DNA of 32,000 nucleotides from Idiomarina loihiensis L2TR (GTDB lineage Bacteria > Pseudomonadota > Gammaproteobacteria > Enterobacterales > Alteromonadaceae): NCBI RefSeq assembly GCF_000008465.1, contig NC_006512.1, positions 900,001-932,000 of the forward strand. Direction: 5' to 3'. The translations under genes and the position numbers were made by a program. The notes under the pieces are model-generated. The model was not told where the DNA came from, did not search any database, and saw nothing but the letters and a program-made list of their open reading frames with translations. This document shows, in pieces, positions 28,397 to 32,000 of this stretch. The stretch's first letter is position 1; every line of letters begins with the position of its first letter.

Positions 28397-29287
28397 GTGA
28401 GCCTTAACGTGACCCTCTTAATTCTGATTACTTTACTTTGGGCCGCCAGCTTTTCGCTAATCGGCGTTTATCTTGCCGGCCAGGTTGACGGTTATCTTGT
28501 TGTCTTTATCCGTATGGTTTTAGCCTTAATAACGGTTTTGCCGTTATTCCGCTGGAGGCATCTGTCACCACAAAATGGGCAACTACCTCAACTAGCTAAA
28601 CTGGCCGTTATTGGCGCTGTACAAATTGGCGCCATGTATTTGTTTCTTTATCATGCGTTTTTGTATTTGAGCATTGCCGAAGTGCTTTTGTTCACTATCT
28701 TTACACCACTCTACATAACGCTAATTGACGAGCTGATACTTAACCGCAAGCATCTGCCGCTGTTATGGTGGATAGCCGCTGCGGTATCGGTATGCGGCGC
28801 CGCCATCATTCGCTATCAACCCTTGTCCGATGATTTCATCACCGGCTTCTTTTTAATTCAGGCAGCCAATGCGTGCTTTGCCGCCGGTCAAGTTGCTTAT
28901 AAACGTTTACCCACGGGTAAAACCTTAGAACAAAGCCAGCAATTTGCCGCCTTTTTCTTTGGCGCCAGTGTTATCGCCGGCCTTGGTGTTTTATTCTTTG
29001 GCGACTTAACCAAAATGCCGACCACCAATCTTCAATGGGGCATTTTATTGTGGCTCGGTATTGTTGCCTCCGGGCTTGGTTACCTTGGTTGGAACCTTTC
29101 CGGTAAACGAGTCAATACCGGGCAACTGGCCACCATGAACAATGCGTTAATTCCCGCGGGCATTTTGGTTAATGTCATTTTTTGGGAACAGTCTTTCGAC
29201 TATACCCGGTTAAGCATTGGCGCTCTTATTATTATTCTTGCCGTATGGCTGGCAGGACGGGTTAACAAACTTAAACCCGCCCGCTAA
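28397..29287 (+). CDS. DMT/EamA-family 10-TM transporter, close in sequence pattern to E. coli YigM (BioP)
   Basis: About 292-296 aa and very hydrophobic. LLWAASFSLIGVYLAG, LLFTIFTPLYITLI, LQWGILLWLGIVASGLGY and MNNALIPAGILVN parallel my recollection of YigM. The start is GTG at 28397, or more likely GTG at 28409, which aligns with the YigM N-terminus. Substrate unknown. Confidence 0.7.
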   Translation: MSLNVTLLILITLLWAASFSLIGVYLAGQVDGYLVVFIRMVLALITVLPLFRWRHLSPQNGQLPQLAKLAVIGAVQIGAMYLFLYHAFLYLSIAEVLLFTIFTPLYITLIDELILNRKHLPLLWWIAAAVSVCGAAIIRYQPLSDDFITGFFLIQAANACFAAGQVAYKRLPTGKTLEQSQQFAAFFFGASVIAGLGVLFFGDLTKMPTTNLQWGILLWLGIVASGLGYLGWNLSGKRVNTGQLATMNNALIPAGILVNVIFWEQSFDYTRLSIGALIIILAVWLAGRVNKLKPAR

Positions 29288-29295
29288 CCAACGCT

Positions 29296-30477
29296 TTAGA
29301 TCATTTCTACGGCCAGAGCAACGGCTTCACCACCACCAATACACAGTGAGGTGATACCCCGTTTCTGGCCTTTTTGTTTCAGTGCATGCAGCAAAGTAAC
29401 CAATAACCGCGCACCACTTGCGCCAATAGGATGCCCTAAAGCACAGGCTCCGCCATGCACATTCACTTTAGCCGGATCCAGTTTCATTTGCTGAATAGCC
29501 AGCATGGTAACCATGGCAAAGGCTTCATTAATTTCCCATAAATCGACGTCGTCTTTAGTCCAGTCCAGCTTACTCAGCAAAGAATTCATTGCACCAATTG
29601 GGGCAACGGTAAATTCAGACGGCGCCTGAGAATGCGTAGTATGACCCATAACTCGCGCCAGCGGCTGCAGGCCTTTGGCCTTTGCATCGCTCTCACGCAT
29701 TAAAATAAGTGCTGCTGCGCCATCAGAAATAGAACTGGAATTAGCCGCAGTAATGGTGCCGTCTTTTTTGAATGCCGCACGCAACTGAGGAATTTTGTCC
29801 AGACGCGCTTTACCCGGTTGCTCGTCAGTATCGACAGTGACGTCGCCTTTACGAGTAGAATATGTAACTGGGGTGATTTCGTCTTTAAAAAAGCCATCTT
29901 TAATAGCAGCCTGAGCTTTGGTAAGTGAATGAATGGCAAACTCATCCATTGCTTCACGACCCAGACCGTATTCGTCAGCGGTGTCCTGTGCGTAACACCC
30001 CATAGCTTTATGCTCGTAGGCGTCTTCCAAACCGTCCAGCATCATATGATCCAGCACTTGTCCGTGCCCCATACGATAACCGCTGCGGCCTTTTGGCAGC
30101 ATGTAAGGTGCATTCGACATGCTTTCCATGCCACCGGCCAGTACCACGTCTGCTGAGCCCGCTTTAATTAAATCGTGCGCCATCATTGCAGCTTTCAATC
30201 CGGAGCCGCATACTTTATTAATGGTGGTCGCGCCCGTTGAGCGAGGTAGATCCGCATGCAGCATTGCCTGACGCGCTGGTGCCTGACCTAAACCGGCAGG
30301 TAACACATTGCCCATGATTACTTCTGAAATATCATCGGCTGCTAAACCGCTGTTATTCAGCGCTGCTTTTATCGCGGTTGCGCCCAAATTGGGGGCGGTA
30401 ACTTCACTTAAGCTGCCCTGAAAACCGCCCATTGGCGTACGGTTGGCCGCTACTATAACGATTGAATCGCTCGACAT
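29296..30477 (-). CDS. Acetyl-CoA C-acyltransferase (thiolase II type; probable 2-methylacetoacetyl-CoA thiolase)
   Basis: 393 aa. Active-site regions INKVCGSGLKA, NVHGGACALGHPIGASG and CIGGGEA. GGAGGA SD. Confidence 0.9.
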   Translation of the reverse strand: MSSDSIVIVAANRTPMGGFQGSLSEVTAPNLGATAIKAALNNSGLAADDISEVIMGNVLPAGLGQAPARQAMLHADLPRSTGATTINKVCGSGLKAAMMAHDLIKAGSADVVLAGGMESMSNAPYMLPKGRSGYRMGHGQVLDHMMLDGLEDAYEHKAMGCYAQDTADEYGLGREAMDEFAIHSLTKAQAAIKDGFFKDEITPVTYSTRKGDVTVDTDEQPGKARLDKIPQLRAAFKKDGTITAANSSSISDGAAALILMRESDAKAKGLQPLARVMGHTTHSQAPSEFTVAPIGAMNSLLSKLDWTKDDVDLWEINEAFAMVTMLAIQQMKLDPAKVNVHGGACALGHPIGASGARLLVTLLHALKQKGQKRGITSLCIGGGEAVALAVEMI

Positions 30478-30494
30478 TTTTCCTCCAAATGCAC

Positions 30495-30510
30495 TTTACG
30501 TTAACGTAAA
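30495..30510. promoter_or_regulatory. Perfect 16-bp palindrome TTTACGTTAACGTAAA; candidate LiuR (MerR-family) operator in the thiolase/liuR divergent region
   Basis: Read directly from the sequence. It lies 17 nt upstream of the thiolase ATG and 45 nt upstream of the liuR ATG. It is the only such palindrome I found in an intergenic region of this window. Confidence 0.6.
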
Positions 30511-30555
30511 CTTCCTCTAAGCTTAGATCTTAGGACAACCAAAAAGCAAGTACCG

Positions 30556-30975
30556 ATGAACAATAAAGTGACCTACAGTATTGGCGAACTGGCAAAAGAA
30601 TTTGACATTACCACCCGCAGCATTCGTTTTTATGAGGACGAAGGCTTGCTTTCCCCCAGACGCCAGGGGCAACAGCGCATATATACCAACAAAGACCGGG
30701 TTCGTTTAAAGCTGATTCTACGCGGCAAACGACTCGGTTTTTCACTGGCCGAAACCCGTCGTTTGTTCGAACTTTACGACGCGGATAATAGCAGTGCGGC
30801 CCAGCTCGAAAAGGTACTTGAGCTGGTCAGTGAGAAAAAACACTCACTCAAACAACAAATGGAAGATATTAATGTGTTACTGACCGAACTCAGTGGTCTG
30901 GAGCAACGTTGCCAAGACGAGCTCGAGAATATTCAGTCGTCAGTTTCAGAAGTTCATTCTCAGGAGTCGTTATGA
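30556..30975 (+). CDS. liuR: MerR-family transcriptional regulator of leucine/branched-chain catabolism (LiuR-like)
   Basis: 139 aa. The MerR HTH is [26 protein letters not shown], followed by a coiled-coil dimerisation helix. ATGA overlap with the downstream isovaleryl-CoA dehydrogenase gene. Confidence 0.8.
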   Translation: MNNKVTYSIGELAKEFDITTRSIRFYEDEGLLSPRRQGQQRIYTNKDRVRLKLILRGKRLGFSLAETRRLFELYDADNSSAAQLEKVLELVSEKKHSLKQQMEDINVLLTELSGLEQRCQDELENIQSSVSEVHSQESL

Positions 30976-32000
30976 TCAGTCAATATACCACCTTTAACTT
31001 TGGTCTCGGCGAAACAGCCGATATGATCCGTGAACAGGTTAATGCCTTCGCGCGTGATGAAATAGCCCCACGCGCCGCCGAAATTGATGAAAAAAATGAA
31101 TTTCCCGGCGATTTATGGCAGAAACTTGGCGACATGGGTCTGCTGGGCTTAACCGTTGCCGAAGAATATGGTGGTTCCGGCATGGGCTACCTTGAACATG
31201 TTATTGCTATGGAAGAAATTAGCCGCGCTTCTGCCTCGGTTGGCTTAAGTTATGGTGCCCATTCAAACCTCTGTGTTAACCAAATTCATCGCAACGGTAA
31301 CGAAGAACAAAAACAAAAGTATTTGCCTAAACTATGCACCGGTGAGCACGTTGGTGCTTTAGCTATGAGTGAACCTAATGCCGGTTCTGATGTAGTCAGC
31401 ATGAAATTACGTGCAGAGAAGAAAGGCGACAAGTACATTCTGAACGGTAATAAAATGTGGATCACTAACGGTCCGGAAGCTAATGTCTTTGTCATTTACG
31501 CGAAAACCGAACCCGAGAAGAACTCACGGGGCATTACGGCCTTTATCGTTGAAAAAGACACACCAGGATTCAGCCAGGCGCAAAAACTCGACAAACTGGG
31601 TATGCGTGGTTCAAATACCTGTGAACTGGTCTTCGAAGACGTCGAAGTCCCCGAAGAAAACATTCTGGGAGAGCTAAACGAAGGCGTTAAAGTGTTGATG
31701 AGTGGCCTTGATTACGAGCGCGCTGTTCTTGCAGCGGGTCCTTTAGGCATTATGCAGGCCTGCCTTGATACATGCGTACCTTATATTCATGATCGTAAAC
31801 AGTTCGGTAAAGAGATCGGCGAATTCCAGCTAATTCAGGGCAAAGTTGCTGATATGTACACTCGCACCAATGCGGCGCGTGCCTACGTTTACGCCGTGGC
31901 TCAATCTTGCGACCGTGGCGAGACCACTCGTAAAGATGCCGCCGGAGCAATTCTTTACGCCGCAGAATTAGCCACTCAGCTAGCACTGGACGCTATTCAG
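30972..32000 (+). CDS. liuA: Isovaleryl-CoA dehydrogenase; the 3' end runs off the window
   Basis: Not in the ORF track (no stop in the window). My translation reads [45 protein letters not shown]...[98 protein letters not shown]. This is near-identical in pattern to known IVD enzymes. It is in frame through position 32000 (343 codons). Confidence 0.92.
   Translation, partial: MISQYTTFNFGLGETADMIREQVNAFARDEIAPRAAEIDEKNEFPGDLWQKLGDMGLLGLTVAEEYGGSGMGYLEHVIAMEEISRASASVGLSYGAHSNLCVNQIHRNGNEEQKQKYLPKLCTGEHVGALAMSEPNAGSDVVSMKLRAEKKGDKYILNGNKMWITNGPEANVFVIYAKTEPEKNSRGITAFIVEKDTPGFSQAQKLDKLGMRGSNTCELVFEDVEVPEENILGELNEGVKVLMSGLDYERAVLAAGPLGIMQACLDTCVPYIHDRKQFGKEIGEFQLIQGKVADMYTRTNAARAYVYAVAQSCDRGETTRKDAAGAILYAAELATQLALDAIQ

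Noticed and set aside
1-32000. Window-wide look for mobile elements, integrases, tRNA or rRNA genes, CRISPR repeats, defence systems, toxin-antitoxin pairs and long direct or inverted repeats.
   Set aside because: None was recognised by eye. Every ORF over approximately 100 aa outside shadow frames has a housekeeping or conserved-hypothetical identity, and intergenic regions are short (mostly under 150 bp). A computational repeat or tRNA scan (tRNAscan-SE, self-dot-plot) would be needed to exclude short elements.

Overview
This window looks like conserved core chromosome of a marine gammaproteobacterium. The Alteromonadales/Vibrionales-like assignment is an inference from gene content and order, and GC was judged by eye to be in the mid-40s %. 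Coding density is very high and nearly every long ORF has a recognisable housekeeping identity.

Gene order, left to right:
- pyrH-tsf-rpsB on the minus strand, divergent from map-glnD-dapD.
- truC-yqcC.
- An uncharacterised DUF3549/DUF3301-like pair and a convergent GNAT.
- syd, divergent from queF.
- A secreted M61/PDZ peptidase.
- A cytoplasmic GGEEF diguanylate cyclase.
- ppnN, tightly followed by a DUF3192/BamE-like membrane protein and a 507-aa protein with a degenerate HDOD-like C-terminal half.
- A small NAD-type isocitrate dehydrogenase.
- A four-gene overlapping unit: gcvA, alpha/beta hydrolase, ygdD, rlmM.
- A branched-chain amino-acid (valine/isoleucine/leucine) catabolic cluster: SDR, mmsB, 3-hydroxyisobutyryl-CoA hydrolase, isobutyryl-CoA dehydrogenase and mmsA, then an opposite-strand YigM-like DMT transporter, a thiolase, and liuR with the start of isovaleryl-CoA dehydrogenase.

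I found no tRNA or rRNA genes, CRISPR array, transposase, integrase, phage genes, or recognisable defence or toxin-antitoxin system.

The best candidates for undescribed biology are modest:
(i) the ppnN-coupled DUF3192 + HDOD-like pair next to a diguanylate cyclase;
(ii) the translationally coupled DUF3549/DUF3301-like pair;
(iii) the transporter gene embedded antisense in the catabolic cluster, with no terminator.

All family names come from my own recognition of the translated sequences. No database search was run.
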